Positions 1 through 14,322 of a DNA stretch of 64,000 nt are shown in pieces. The DNA is taken from assembly GCA_002633005.1 (NCBI GenBank), contig NMRA01000280.1:450080-514079 (forward strand), read 5' to 3'. Source of the DNA: Phoronis australis. Lineage: Eukaryota > Animalia > Phoronida. The notes beneath the pieces are model-generated. The model saw only the letters and a list, made by a program, of their open reading frames with translations, ran no database searches and had not been told where the DNA came from. The translations under genes and the position numbers were made by a program. Position 1 is the first letter of the stretch. Each line of letters starts with the position of its first letter.

Positions 1-887
1 AAGTTCAATCGACTTTTACCGTCGTCTACTAGCTAGCTCTATGATTGGCATAAGAGAGCCTGTTCTGCACTACTACTAGGTATCGCTTCAGAATTTCAGT
101 GACAGAGTGGGTGGCTGATTTGGATTTGGCCTCCATGACAACTTTGAACACAGGTCACAATTGTAATCAAAACATTCTTTAGAACTCAAAACTTGCATTT
201 TCCCTCCAACTCTTCCAGTTTACGAGTTTCTGGGGTCCACACAAAGCCAGAGGCTTCATACACTGCATACGAGCTCCTTGAAAATGGCTGCCCAAGAAAG
301 TCGCGCGGTAAACCACGAGACTTCGTGAAGGCAGTCACGGCTTCGACGGTCACCTGGTCACCATTTACCTTGAAGGTTTTAACGGTATAGCACATGCTAT
401 AATTTTATAGCATGCGCAGCGATAAAGACCGTTACGGCAACCCTTTCAGTGACAGCTTAAGCCGTGTTACGGCGTGTGGATCGGGTTGTAGGAAAGACAC
501 TCATTATTGCTACTTCATTTATTGAGCTTTGCGTAACTTAGACCGTGCCACTATGTGACATTTTATTAACAATAATAAAACAGAACAATAATGTGATCAT
601 ATGCCTGCATGTAGCATGTGCAAACTACAGAGTGTGTACACATATCTAAACTGTACGGGCTGTACACATATCACAAAGAACACGTTGGGAATTTCGGAGG
701 ATACCTAATTCCAGTATTTAGCTATCTATTATCCTTAAAATTATGGGATCACAAAAGAAACCAAAATATGCTGATTCAGCTTTTGCTGCTAGCATAACAA
801 ATAATAATAAACAGCAAAATGATTGTTGAATTATATATGTGAGAAAATTCAGTCTCCATTCCGTCTCTCTTTGATTGGCAAGTATCT

Positions 888-2113
888 TGTATTTTCGTAA
901 AGGAAAACTATCCAGATTTGAATGACTATGCAAATGGCGCCCTAAAGCTGTCTCTTATTGCTGTTTGGTTGCATCGACTCATCCAGTGTTATTAAATTTG
1001 TGTTCATGGGGCGGTTTACATTGTAAGCTAATGTATCGCATTTAATTATTCCTGTTGTTTTTTATACCAGTTTTGCTCACTTGTCGACATGTGAACCGAA
1101 CAGAGGATAAGTATAACAAGAAACTCACCAACTCGTTGTATTCTTCACTTGATTTCGAGACTCATTTCTGTAAGTGATGTGCGTGTATTTGCAAAAATTA
1201 CTTATTTAACTGCTACCACAGCAGCTGGTATACGATGCACATTTTCACACGAAGGAAAATTAAACACCTGAAGGAGCACTTTTATCGGGAGTTGCTTAGG
1301 CCATTCTACTTGACAACATCTGCTGGGATCTCCACTGCCAGGTGAATGCAATTCTCTGGTGACCAGCCTCTGTCGGTGGGTCAAAGTTCATCTATCATAT
1401 TGCACCTACTATAGCCTTTATGTGACCGATAGCTGCTCTAAAACTAACAATTTTCCCTAGCTGATCTATGATGTCGCACGGAAGGGCAACCACAATTTTA
1501 GANTGTATTTTCGTAAAGGAAAACTATCCAGATTTGAATGACTATGCAAATGGCGCCCTAAAGCTGTCTCTTATTGCTGTTTGGTTGCATCGACTCATCC
1601 AGTGTTATTAAATTTGTGTTCATGGGGCGGTTTACATTGTAAGCTAATGTATCGCATTTAATTATTCCTGTTGTTTTTTATACCAGTTTTGCTCACTTGT
1701 CGACATGTGAACCGAACAGAGGATAAGTATAACAAGAAACTCACCAACTCGTTGTATTCTTCACTTGATTTCGAGACTCATTTCTGTAAGTGATGTGCGT
1801 GTATTTGCAAAAATCACTTATTTAACTGCTACCACAGCAGCTGGTATACGATGCACATTTTCACACGAAGGAAAATTAAACACCTGAAGGAGCACTTTTA
1901 TCGGGAGTTGCTTAGGCCATTCTACTTGACAACATCTGCTGGGATCTCCACTGCCAGGAGAATGCAATTCTCTGGTGACCAGCCTCTGTCGGCAGGTCAA
2001 AGTTCATCTATCATATTGCACCTACTATAGCATTTATTTGACCGATAGCTGCTCTAAAACTAACAATTTTCCCTAGCTATGATGTCGCACGGAAGGGCAA
2101 CCACAATTTTAGA
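888..2113. repeat. 615-bp tandem duplication split by an N (probable haplotype overlap artifact)
   Basis: 888-1502 versus 1504-2113: about 6 substitutions and one 4-bp indel. Confidence 0.85.
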
Positions 2114-4028
2114 AAGAAAAATGTTCCTGCCACACCTGCAAGGCATGCTGGTGGCAGTATTTGGTGGTATGCGTAGCGGGGGCCTTTGGTCACCCCTAAA
2201 TCTGCGGCGCACGTAATTAAGGATGTTAAAAATGCAAGTAAAATTAACGTTCCGCTTTCTCTTCATTTAGTTTATTAATTCTAATTTCGACAAATTCGAC
2301 ACATAATCGTATTATGTTTAGTTTGTTATAATGGTTTGTCAGCAAGCTTCTTGTAATTGTTCTAAACCTTAAACACTTGCTCTCGTTTCGATTATTTTAG
2401 TTTTAATTAACATGATACAAATCACTCGATATATTTTGCGATGTTCTATTTTCCAATTAGACAATGGTCATTATCATTTATCCAAGTGGATAACTTCTGG
2501 ATCTTAATGTAAAATAAATTTCCTGGGTAATCACAATTATTCAGAACCCCTATAAGAATCTTGCATGCAGACTCGGTGGGATGGAATAAGGCTCTGGATT
2601 TGTGCTCCAGCGGTCCGATGATTATAGTGAAATAGTAAATTCTGGTCCGTGTGTGTCGGGTTTACTATAGACGGAAACATATGACGCTATTTTGCTGTTG
2701 ATGTACTCTTCTTTTTTACTAAATTTTACCAAAACGTCAAGGTCACACGACCCAATTAACAACAGAGTGTTAAAAAGTAAAAAAAAAAAGAAATCTTTCC
2801 ATTATCAGCAAATATATATTTTTACTGAGTTATAATCAGACAGTATCTTGCAGATATCTGGCTATTAGTAAATACACACACATGTTGATAAGGTCCTATG
2901 CGGAACTTTAAACGTCAATGCTATACTCATAATTGTTTTCCTGAAAGGTACGTTTCGGTTTCGGTTTCGGTCAGGTCAAACGATATGTAAGATTCAACAA
3001 GAATTCTTTCATTTATGTGCATGAGATTCACTATACACATTAAATTGACGGGAAAACCAACAGAGCAAACGCTGAACTGTTCGGCGAGATAATATGGCGG
3101 TCTACTTTTGATGCGAACTCGCACTATCTGCATCTATTCTCCTTTTGACAGATATAAAACATATAGACGGCTATATTTCAGGGGACAAATTGTTAATTTA
3201 ATATAATTTCAATTAGCTTATAGACAGGTATGCTTGGAAAAATGTGAATCGTACACAACTCAACACGTGCTGATGTGCGTGGATATCATCTATTATATAA
3301 AATGCATCGTTTGCACAAACTCCGTCTTCCCCGCTCCACTACAGACCTTCGTTGCGCAAGTTTTGGCACCGCCTTGGTCCCAGGTATTGCACCGGACCCC
3401 TATTTGAATTCGAAGTATTCTATTTTTTTCTTGCGGGCCGTTTTTTGCAGACGCAGAGGAAGGGTGGCCAGTTTCGTACTGGCCTTGGTGACGTCAGTTC
3501 GTCGGCTCAATGGCCTGGGTGACGTCACTCCGTCGGCTTAAATTCACTCCCTCCGGCTTCTGTCACGTATAAAATTCATCTGGCCTGTCGCTGCCAAAAT
3601 TAATGATGCCTCATTAAAAAATCCTTACTCTTCCTTGAGTAAACTAAATTATTTACCCTGGTGTTGGAAAATTGGCGTTCTTCAGTTTTTCTCCAGCTAA
3701 AATTGCGATGCGCTCTTTGGGCGCCATTGCGTCACCTGTTGGCCAATTTCCATGTTATTCAATCACAAATGTGAGGTTGCGTACATGTCATAACAATCGC
3801 AAGTAGTTTCATTTCATTACAAGTTTTTACTATTTCATGATCAGAAAACCCAATTTCAGAAAAAAGAACTCTCGAGAGATATCGCAAAATTTTCGGAAAT
3901 GGCGCATACGTGCGGGTGTCACAAGTATGCACTGTTTTCAAAACGACCACAGATTTCCTTTGTTACAAAAGGCGGAGGATTACAAAAATAACGTTTATTA
4001 GATTGTCTTTTTACTTCTCATTAACGGC

Positions 4029-5614
4029 TGTAACGGGCAAGGTGAATGTCGGTTCATTCCCAGATTCTGCATGCACCCCCGTTGTTAGCTCTAAGTTTCG
4101 CGACCGAGGTGACAAGCTGGCACCGGGGTTCGGTGATGATTTCGGTGTCTAACCTGAGCGCTACACACACTAGCTACCTAGCTGTATGTTGACGATAGTC
4201 TTCATACAGCTAGCTGGCTTTCTACCTCAGTATGTACATTTATGATTGTCAGAATAAATATTGATTAAGTAATTAGTGAGAATAGATCCATTTTAAGATG
4301 CCCAAAATTTGTGCATATGTACTTTTAAATCATGGGGTCAGACTTGTTGACATGTATTTTAACGTCAAAATCTATTTTTAGATGGTGTTTACAACTTTGG
4401 GTTCTGGGGTCAAAGTACTCTAGAGATTCTAGAATGTTCTGAGAACAAATTGTAACAGCCAATAATACGAGTGGATATGATCATGTGGTTTTTATTAGCC
4501 AATCACTAAATAAGTAGAATGTTATATTATGGGCTGAAATCAGCAAGATAATCAGATGCGCTAAAGTAGTTGAAGCATAAAGACTTGCTACAGTGTACAG
4601 AAGCAGTTGTACGACAGAGCCATCTCGTGGAAGATTCTAGAAAGGATCTTGGCAAGGGCAAGGGTTAACGAACCGGAAGTTAACTAAGAGCTTGTCACTT
4701 GCATTGTGGGTAGTGAGATACTACCTGAAGTGTTGCGTCATCAGCCAGAGACTGTGACCAGCAAGAAGAATCGCGGGTAGAGGAAATTGCCTGCAGGTGT
4801 TGCATCACCAAAGACGGTGAGCAACAAGTACACTGTCGCTATAGAGTGTGTGTGTAGTTCGAAGATTCACCAACAGGACAGACATCCAACAAGTGGAGAG
4901 TCCTAGCTTGGATTGCAGACAAGACATTTGATCGTTTGGTTGTTTGATTAAAGTAATCTTTAAAGAGGGCGCTAGCTTAGTTTCTCTTTGTAGTTGATTA
5001 CTTAATTAACAATAGGTTTCATTTGTCTAATTAGGGGCTATCATATGATAAATTAATTACTGGATTTGATTATTCACTCTCCATCTACGCACAACTTCAA
5101 AGCATAGCTACCTTTTAAACAAACCCACACAGACAATCGTCTGACAATGATGCAACTTTTGTAATATACAGTATTTTAAATGCCTTTGTTAGTTTTCACT
5201 TTAAAGAATATCTGATTACTGTACTTTGTGTTACGGCAGAGTTAAATGTTCTGGAAAGAAATTTGTACTGCCTGGGGAAAGAATCCCGCAGCCGCACACC
5301 TTGCCTTTTCAAGAAGTATTCCTGTCTCTTGCGATGAACACTAATGCTCACTCTTAGTCTAAGTATCTATTACCCTTTGCGTTTCGCACTAGCTGCTACC
5401 CGTGCTTTGGCACGGGCAACGGCTAGTTCTGTTATAAAAGGGAATGTACCCGCAGTGGCTCTAAACATTGTCTTTGTTCAGACTGAAAATATGACCAAAG
5501 ACTACTACTACCAAGAAGAGACTAACCCTGTTTAATTTCTATCATTGTCTTGTTTGTCATCTCTAACTACTCAAATTTAGCAGATATAAAAGCACCATTC
5601 AAATAAAACTTTCA
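4029..5614 (+). mobile_element. Possible solo LTR
   Basis: Begins TGTAAC; contains CCAAT boxes and heat-shock elements; has AATAAA near a CA end; flanks CGGC/CGAC form an imperfect TSD. No internal genes. Confidence 0.3.
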
Positions 5615-5907
5615 CGACTTCTCACGAGAATGGACTTCTCGCGAGAATGTTCTCCTCTGTGCATTGTTTTCTTTTGTAATCACTAAGCACGATATGAACA
5701 CACTCAGAAATAAGTTTTGAAGAAATAATAGTTGTGGACATTGAAGAAGTGAAAGTTTATATTATCCGAAAGAAATTTGTTGAAAACTTGCTTTCAATTT
5801 TTGAATCTGTAATACCAATACACACACTCACTTAAAAAACAAAAATCCCAAGTTAAACACAAGTTTTTCATCGCACTGTTTTAGCGAACTCACTTCCGCT
5901 TGAGCTG

Positions 5908-6137
5908 GGGCCCGTTCCAACAAAATTGACTTAGTTAAGACAAATCTTAAAATTTATTAAAATTTAAGATAACTTGAATTTATCGCAAGGCCTTATCAAG
6001 AAAAAGATCTTAAGCTTGATTTAACTTTTTGATATAATCTTTTCTTAATTTTGACTATCTTACCAGATGTGGATGTTAAGGCAAAGCCTAGACTGAGGTA
6101 TAGAATAAACTTAAGTCAGTTTCTTGGAACGGTCACC
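5908..6137. mobile_element. PIF/Harbinger-like MITE (diverged)
   Basis: Inverted ends GGGCCCGTTCCAACAAAATTGACTTA / TAAGTCAGTTTCTTGGAACGGTCACC. Confidence 0.6.
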
Positions 6138-8179
6138 TATTCTACAATTTTGTGACGTCTTATTCACGATGTTACATTTTTCTCTATAGAAAATTACCCT
6201 CGTTGTTGCGATTGTTCTTCAACAGTCAACATAGGGATTATATTAAACTTGTACTCCCCCTGAAAAAATATAATCCCACATTTTCAGTCAATGGTCACGT
6301 GTAGCGAGTGTTGCCACAATTTCCGTAAAATCATGAAGCCAGTAACGAAAAGATAATTAAACAAATGATAGCTGCTAAAATAAATGAATAATTGAACAAA
6401 GAAAATCCATAAATTATGCTGACGATTCGATAACTCGTTGAGTTCTATAACAGACCATAAGAGAAAAATCCATGAACCCATTGCCACTAACGTACATGAC
6501 GTAGAATATGCAGCTCGTTTTGATGTCGTAGAATTTTGAAATTGATGTATAGAATAGGCTGGATTTGCAGTTAATACTGGGGCAAGGTTTTCTTTTCAAA
6601 TGATAATCAGATTATCAGATAATCAGATGAGAGTGCCTCATCTAAGGTTGCTACCATAAGGTCTTTTCATACTGTCTTACTCCGGTCTGAGCGGAGCGTC
6701 GACGCGAACTGCGATTATTATGATGTATTTGGTTGCTACTGCATACCCCTTGATCGTCTTTTTAGTAGTACACGCTTGAAAAGTTTGTCAACAGTGCTTT
6801 TGTATACATAACTCATGTACAGGTCAGTGGAGGAATGATAACATGTCGCCTTCAATGGATTTCAGCAGGGTCATTGGCACCGAATATTTATACACAGACG
6901 GTTAGTTTTAGGGCTTAGAATAGCTTCGTAGCCAATGAAAAACTCAAATCTCACGACCGTCTGAATATGAATGACGAGGTCATATGATCTGAGAGGGTAA
7001 ACAATGTGTACGTTATACCACGAACTATTTCAAAATTGCCACAAGTCTCTGGACAGTACGTAATATTCCTTACAGTAAACGTGAAGCTTGCATCAGCTAA
7101 TACAACTAGTGCTGCTACGTTATTGCCTGGTACGTGTTCTCTCTGATATACATGGTGAGTAAAAGCCCAATTTTGACTAAGAGGTGCACTGAACAGTTAA
7201 GAGACCGTGTTCTATAAGCCTGTGCTAAGACTCACCTGGCGATAAGCGTTACCGTGCCCGGTTATGGAACGAAGTACATTTCAGTACACAGCCCACGTGT
7301 AATTAATGCTGGTGAAGTAATTTTGATTGATATTTGAGTATGTTGGTAGAGTTCACATGTGGGTTTATTATTGTACAATCTTGATATTAAATTATTAAAT
7401 GCAGTTGTGAAAAGTAGCTCCGCATGTCCTGGTTTCACAAAGCAAATCAAATAGAAATGCATGCCTTTCAATACAATACAGCCGAGGTTCACCTCCAAGT
7501 GTTCTACTTACAGCTGTCTTACAGCAACTGTTGTGGCAATTTTTATTGCCCATCACTTCAGAGTTTCTTATTGTTACTTCTTGTTTAGTATCTTCTATCG
7601 TATTCCTGTTGCTTGTATTTCGTCATAATAAAAGCTCTCTGCCGACAGACATGTTCAACTAGTCAATTTTTTCAAACACCAGGTCTCGGTCATTACAAAT
7701 TAAACGCTCGGGTCACCACCTCCTATGACTGTCGCAACGAAACAACCACCAAAAAGACAAAGTTATATCGCCCGTAGAAAAATATCCAATTTTGGCCAAC
7801 TTCAGAACACCGTATCTCAGAAATGACTGATCGGATTCATGATTTATGCAGTGTTCTCTGTTCTCTAATAAAATGTTAGGAACTCAATTTAAAATGTTCC
7901 ACTTCAGCATTAAAGGCGAAGGCAACCTTTTTCATGTCATTTTAGCAAAAATGAGGTTCGTTGATTATCCCAGACATATTTTTCACTATTTACTGCTTTT
8001 CTTAATTTAATTAATTACTCGTCGTCTACACCGGAAGTGACGTTTTGGGAGGCAAGAATTTCGCGCCAATTTCTTTTCATATAGTCTGACTGTGAGAGCA
8101 GTCGAGTCAGTCATTGTTCTACCTCGGTTGTGATAAGTTCGGTCGTCGTTTGCTTTTGCTTACGAGTCAGTCAACATGC

Positions 8180-9620
8180 CACGCTGTTGCTGCGTACTGG
8201 GGTGTACTCAAAACTGCTCTGGTGAGATGCAGTCGTGTGGTGGGTAAAACTTTGGGAATGTCTCCCACTAGAATATTGTCCTGGATTTATACTGTTATCT
8301 GACCTGTAATGTCCTATGCTGCGTCAGCATGGGTAACAGCGTTAAAACAAAATTAATCAGCTGTAACGTCTAGCTTGTTTGTGCATTACTTCTGGTTTTC
8401 CAGGAACGCACTCTGCATCCCTGGAAATGCTAATCGGTCTACCATCACTGTACAGGTGAACCTGCATGTGCAGCGCTTCGTCTCAGGTATAATGGTCAAT
8501 GAGTGAAAAATCACATCCCTGATTCTCTAGCATACAGAAGCCACAGGAATGTGGGCAAAAAGCTAATGGCCAAAATTGGTCAACCATTTAGTGCTGTCCA
8601 GATCACAGCTATAATACATACAATTTCTTCACAGAAATTGGTGATGGGTAGCCTACTGCAGAACACAAGCTAGAATGAGGTGTTTTGTTACTCCGGATGG
8701 CTCTAAACTGGAAGTTGGTGAGACAGCCTTCCTGTTGCAGATGCAGGAAAGCTGGGTATCGCTGGGCAATCTTGCTACGGTGCTACAGGCTAAGATTACT
8801 AGATCTGTTCAACGGGCAGAACAATATAACACCGAGCTTGGCAATTAGCATCTTTTCAGATAACCAAGCATCAATAAAATCCCTATATAAACCAAGAGTC
8901 AACGCTCGTTGTGTTAATGCTTTCATTAATGAGCTTAACAACCTTGCAATTGGAGGAATTTCTAATATACACTGGATCAGGGCCCATGTGGGAATTGACG
9001 GCATGGAAAATGCGGACAGACTCGAAAAGATAGGAGACAGCATTTTGCATTGTATACCTGAACCTGCTATCCCGGTATCTTACGGATGCTGTAGTATAAG
9101 TATGCGCAACTGAGTACATACCCAGTCAGCAGCCCAGTGGGCATCGCTTAACTCCTGAAGAGAGGCCAAGGATAATTTTCCCAACGTGATCAAACCAAAA
9201 AGTTAAAAAAAACCTCTGAGTCTTTGGGCATAAGTTACGTCTTTCAAATTTTGACGGGTCACTGTTACCTAGCCCGACATAGACACATTACTGGGCACAT
9301 GGGGAGCCCAGTGTGTGCCGAGTGTGTTACTGACGTTGAAACCCCTAATTACCTGTTAGAGTCTTGTCCAGCTTTTTATAGTATTAGGAGCAACCTCGTG
9401 GATGGCAGTGTACATGCCTACAACATGCAGTGCATGGCAACAAATGGAAAAGTCTGTCAATTTTCTTAAGGAGATAAGCAGAGTTGAAAACTTCCTTCAC
9501 GAAGAACCATAACGTGGCTGTCGTGTTTTTAGCTCAAGTGTTTGGTGCAGTGGGCCGAATCACGAGGCCTGCGCACGTCTAATGCACCGCAAATGGCATC
9601 AGGCCACTTGCACTCTATTT
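8180..9620 (+). mobile_element. Decayed, 5'-truncated non-LTR retrotransposon with RNase H (LOA/R1/I-group-like)
   Basis: Fragments, broken by stops and frameshifts: post-RT region (LGMSP..WIYTVI*PVMSYAASAW), RNase H (DGSK; SIFSDNQASIKSL; IHWIRAHVGIDGMENADRL) and C-terminal zinc motif (LTGHCYL..H..CAEC..ETPNYLLESCP). Confidence 0.85.
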
Positions 9621-12063
9621 TCCTACTGTTTTGCTTTGAATGTACTGTTCAGTTTTCCTGAAAAGGAACGGTTTCGTGCTTTTCGTTGCATACCCCAACC
9701 CAATGTTAATTAGCTAGAGTATTTTTAAATGGAAAAATTCTGCCAACTTACGTGAAGGCACACGGTATGTAAGAAATTCTTTGTAATTTACATAATTTTT
9801 TGTCCTACGGTTAGAGCAGATGTAGTCAAAAATACAAGGAGAAAATGATTATTTTATGCAGATGAGTTTAACGGTGTAGCCAAGGATCGTGTATTAAGAT
9901 TTGAAGAGGACTGTTTAGGACACATTTTAGTGGATCAATTTGGTTTAAAGATTATTCGTGTTGGAAACGTTTTGTGAGTTTCTGCTTTATCCACTGATAA
10001 ACGAGTGATCTTAAATCGGTGTATTAATGGGGCATTACTTTTTGCTCACTACCTGAAATGACAGTTACCAAGCAAGTTACTCAAGGACCCAGCCCGGTGT
10101 CTAGAATCTTTCAACAGAGTGATAAAAATCATCTAGAACGTCCCCGTGTAGATGGAGAAGCCCGCACTTTTGCCGGGATTGTCGATGACATGCTATCTGC
10201 GTTTACTCAGGTGTTTCAATTTGATTGTCTCCAGGCAAGGAAGTTTAATCCCTTTTAGCTGAGAGTCCTCATCTCAAGCAGTTTTTCTATTTCAAAGACG
10301 CCAAAATAAATAAAATAACAAGTAACGTGCTTTACTGTTTCCTCTTTTCTCCTATGAAAGAACAAGCTTTTTATTACAATTTTGCACCTCGGCCGAAACC
10401 AGGAAATCATCGACTCTTTTCGTCCATTTCCTTGGCCTGAGCTCCCCGTACACCAGTTCAGGAACGATTCCTGAATGACGGCCATGTCGTCCTTATAAAC
10501 AAATTGATAGCACTTGGGCGTAAAACCGTTGTTATTTTGTTTGGTTGTTTTTGATTCACATTTTGGTTCTTATTTTTCAAATTTTCCAAAATGTTTAGCC
10601 ATTTGTCTGCTTATGAAGTGTATGAACTGTAACTTGAAATGGTGAACAACTCACACTACTCGCAGCCAGCGCTGAAGTGCTCTAACTCATCACCACGTGA
10701 CCGGGATTAGAATGTAAAACCAACTACCGGCAATTGCCGTGACTACGTACAGCGCGCGTCATAAGTTCACTTGGCAGCAAACTGACATCGACTTTGGTGG
10801 CTGTGAAAAATGTGATGGATGAAAAAAAAGCATCTGCGCACATTGATTTTTTCAATAATTTTACATTTTTTTTCGAAATCAAAACTGTGATCCTCACCTG
10901 AATTACAATAACACGCACAGGTGCTCGATTCTTACTACATGGGCAGCACAGCGACCGAATCTCCGAGAGTTGTCATGAAACATATCGCGGCGAAACGCAC
11001 TTGCTAAATTGATTTTAAATTTTACTGTATTAGAAAAAAAGATATTAACATGAAAACGTTTACTGTCAGTATTCACCGTGGTCTAAGAATATCCATGTAC
11101 ACCCGCGGTTAATTAATCGAAAACGCAAACTAGCCAAACCGATGATGCTTAACGGGGAGGAATGTATAACACTCTGTTGCTTATTAGATAAATGTCTGCG
11201 ATGGGAAACTATTCTAAGGTCAGGAGCATGACGTAGTAATTTCTTTGTCTCACGAAGTTCAGCAATTCAAAGCCTGCAGGCAATTTTAATGGCACTTAAA
11301 TGTGTCTCGCCTCTCGCTCCGTAGCCGTGCCAAGTTCCACCGGTGTTCCTGTAGTAACCTTTACGAACGACATCTGGCGCAATAAAAATTCCTTTCTTGT
11401 ACTTTTAATCTCATCTATTAAACTATACTAGGCAAGTATGTTCTTTTTGAAGTCATTGTGCCAGCAGTTGTATTATGAGAACTTTGCCGCGGCGCTCTGA
11501 GTCGGCGGGAAATTGGATGTGTGGATCAGTTATTGTATAAGCTGGTGAAAAGTGAAAGAAAACAACGAAAAGTGTCAGTATGCTGTGCCAATAATACAGG
11601 CAATCAAGAGCACGTTAAAAGAAAGTTAACAAACCCCACCTAAAGCAAAATGCCAAACTACAATGAAAATCAGGGGAGATTTTTTAAACACCGAGCTCCA
11701 CCAGGAGAATATCAATAAAATAACGGGAGAACACTTGCTGTCATTACTACTTGAAATATACCGAGAACTCCCGTATCTTAAGCAAACTCCAATGAGAAAC
11801 AAAATAATGTGAAATAAGTAAGGAAATATGGTTCAATAAAGCGTTCAGCAAAAATGGCAGGTCGAAACGACGGGATTAAACCGGAATAGAAATTACGAGA
11901 GCGCTAGAGCGAAATAGCTACAAGAACGGAAGGGAACATAAACTTTAAAGCTATCATTGTAAGAAGTTAAAAAATTGCAGATACCTAAACAAATCCGATA
12001 AAAAGAACGGTGTCCATAATGGAAAAACGCTTAGCGACATCTGCTGAGATACTTAAAGACCTG

Positions 12064-12465
12064 GGCCCGGTCTCCAATCTTTTTACTCGAAATGGAACTC
12101 GAAATTAGGTTTGGCATTTTCTACTCTACTTTTGGGCGAACTCAAGATAAGTGTCTATTATTCTATGGCCGAGTACACAATAACTTACGGAGATAATTTA
12201 TTGCCCTTAGTTCACAGTTTGTAAACCCAAAATTAAAGCAATAAGTTCAAGTTTGAACTCGAAATTTCGATTTTTTTACTCGAGTTTGTAGCACGAATAC
12301 AAGGGTCTTCAAGGGCAAACTTGAACTAGAACCTCCTATGCATAAACTATAATGTATTCGAGCACAGTCTGATAACCAATTATCTTAAGTTCGCACAAAA
12401 GGAACAGTGAAATTGCCAAAAATAGTTTCGAGTTCGTTTCGAGTACAAAGATTAGAGACCGGGCC
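12064..12465. mobile_element. PIF/Harbinger-like MITE
   Basis: About 50-bp TIRs GGCCCGGTCTCCAATC / GATTAGAGACCGGGCC with a 3-bp CTG TSD. Confidence 0.8.
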
Positions 12466-14174
12466 CTGGTCTCAAAATGCCCATGTGGTTCCAGTATCCG
12501 AAAATACTTACTACATAAAATCTTATTTTCGACACCCTTTCTTTATATTCTTTTCGCCTTTCTTGCCAAAAGCGATTTTTAAACAGTTTTTGACCCTTCT
12601 CTGTGAGCGTATAATTACCGGCTGTCCTCGGTTATCTCCGTACCCACATTTCCGGCTCATCAGTTCAGGAACTTGTCCTGAACGCCGCCATTTTTTCCTT
12701 GTAACTGAATGTGCTATCGCTTGCTCGAAAAGTCTTCATTATTTTGTTTCATTAGTAATATCTCGTGATTCGTTTGCATATGTAGTGTATTTATAGTTTG
12801 TAGTTAGTGGTCATTAAATTTTTTAGAATGTTACGCGTACTTAGTATGTTAAAATAGCATTGGTGTTTAGTTCCTTACGTAGGCCGGTCGAACCTAGGAA
12901 CCAATATGGGTCGAACCAAATTTTTTTTCGTTTTGATTTTTTTCTCGTTTTAAAAAGTACTATGATATCATCGGAAAGGTAGTGCATTCTACTCAGTAAA
13001 AATCGGAAAAGTATCAAAATCGGGGCAAGCATTGTAAAGTTATTGCAAGTTTTGTGGCGAAATTTGCCGGGGTCACTTTGTTTGGATCGCTTCGGCCATA
13101 TTGGAGGACAGCGGGATAAGTTACGAGTTTAAAACTTTGTGTAAATTGTTTTCGCCAACAAATTACGGTGAAATTTAGTTAGACATATCTTTACTTACTA
13201 TTCTGCACGATTCAACAGTGTTCACCAAATTTCAGCCTCGCAGTTGTTACTCATTAAGTGATAAATGTGCTCACAATTCTCGTTGGACTTCATCTCGTTT
13301 CTGGCGGCACCGAAAACATGGCGACTTTTACTGAACTGAAAGGCATGTTCAATCGGCTACTTCGTAATTTGTGAAGATTTAACGTTGATACATGTTGACA
13401 AACGTTGCTACAAAAAAGGAACTTTGTTCAATTTTTGTGTTTTTGTACAAAAATATAAGATATGTTCGAATTATTTTACTGTAAATTTCCCATTCAGGTG
13501 ATCTTACACTGAGCTAAAAAAATAGTTGAAATAATTTTGAAATTGTTTTGTGTTTGACTGTCAACTGCTGTTCAAGGCTTGATTCGGTGTCACAAAATGA
13601 TTCATATTTTTCTAAATTTTAAGTCTCAGTTGCTTTCAAGTCATGTTTAGTAACTTATTGCTTCTTAATTCAGGTTATCAAGTCAACAATATGAATAATC
13701 TTAATTTGAGAAATAAGCTATGTTGGATTGTGAAGCTTGAAACCTCCAATTCTTGTTCCTTGCAACTTCATATCTTTTAATCATGCTTGTCAAATTCTGG
13801 TGTAAGGAAACACTATTCAGTCACCATGGTAATAGTTACATGTATGTCCACTTTCATATCATGGAAACTTTTGCTGTTGAATAGTGTTTGTAATGCTAAA
13901 TGTTGTAAAGTAATGTGCATTTTAAGTTACTTATTATGTTAAAAGTTTGATTCATTTTGGCTTAATGAATAAAAAATGATAACATTTTGTATTGGACTTG
14001 TCATACTTATGTGCTCGAACGAGCCTCCTATTTGGAGAAATGGAAAAAGGTCTGCCTCAGTCAGAGAAGCACGAACTCCGAAAAAAGTTAAAAACGAGAC
14101 GATATTCCACTAGAAGACAGAAAGTACCCAGTGAATCTTATAGTAAAAGATAGACATTCTCAAAAATCCCAGCC

Positions 14175-14322
14175 CAGTAGCGGATTTACGGGGGGGCCAT
14201 GGCACCCCCTAAAATTCTCCCAGATTATATTTGGCAGTTCGGGGGTGCGAATGTCTGACGGGAAAATCCTGGCTAATACTCTGTCCTGCCCCCCCCAACT
14301 CAAAATCCTGGATCCGCTCCTG
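14175..14322. mobile_element. hAT-like MITE with a 5-bp TSD
   Basis: CAGCC|CAGTAGCGGATT ... GGATCCGCTCCTG|CAGCC. Confidence 0.65.

Noticed and set aside
1202-2000. Two near-identical 60-aa ORFs as a duplicated gene
   Set aside because: They lie in the N-joined haplotype duplication, have non-ATG starts and show no recognisable domain.
8685-9113. Host RNase H gene
   Set aside because: Embedded between LINE post-RT and zinc-finger remnants, with frameshifts and stops.
10058-10485. Short ORFs on both strands as a gene
   Set aside because: No recognisable motif or consistent exon chain; probably a decayed repeat.
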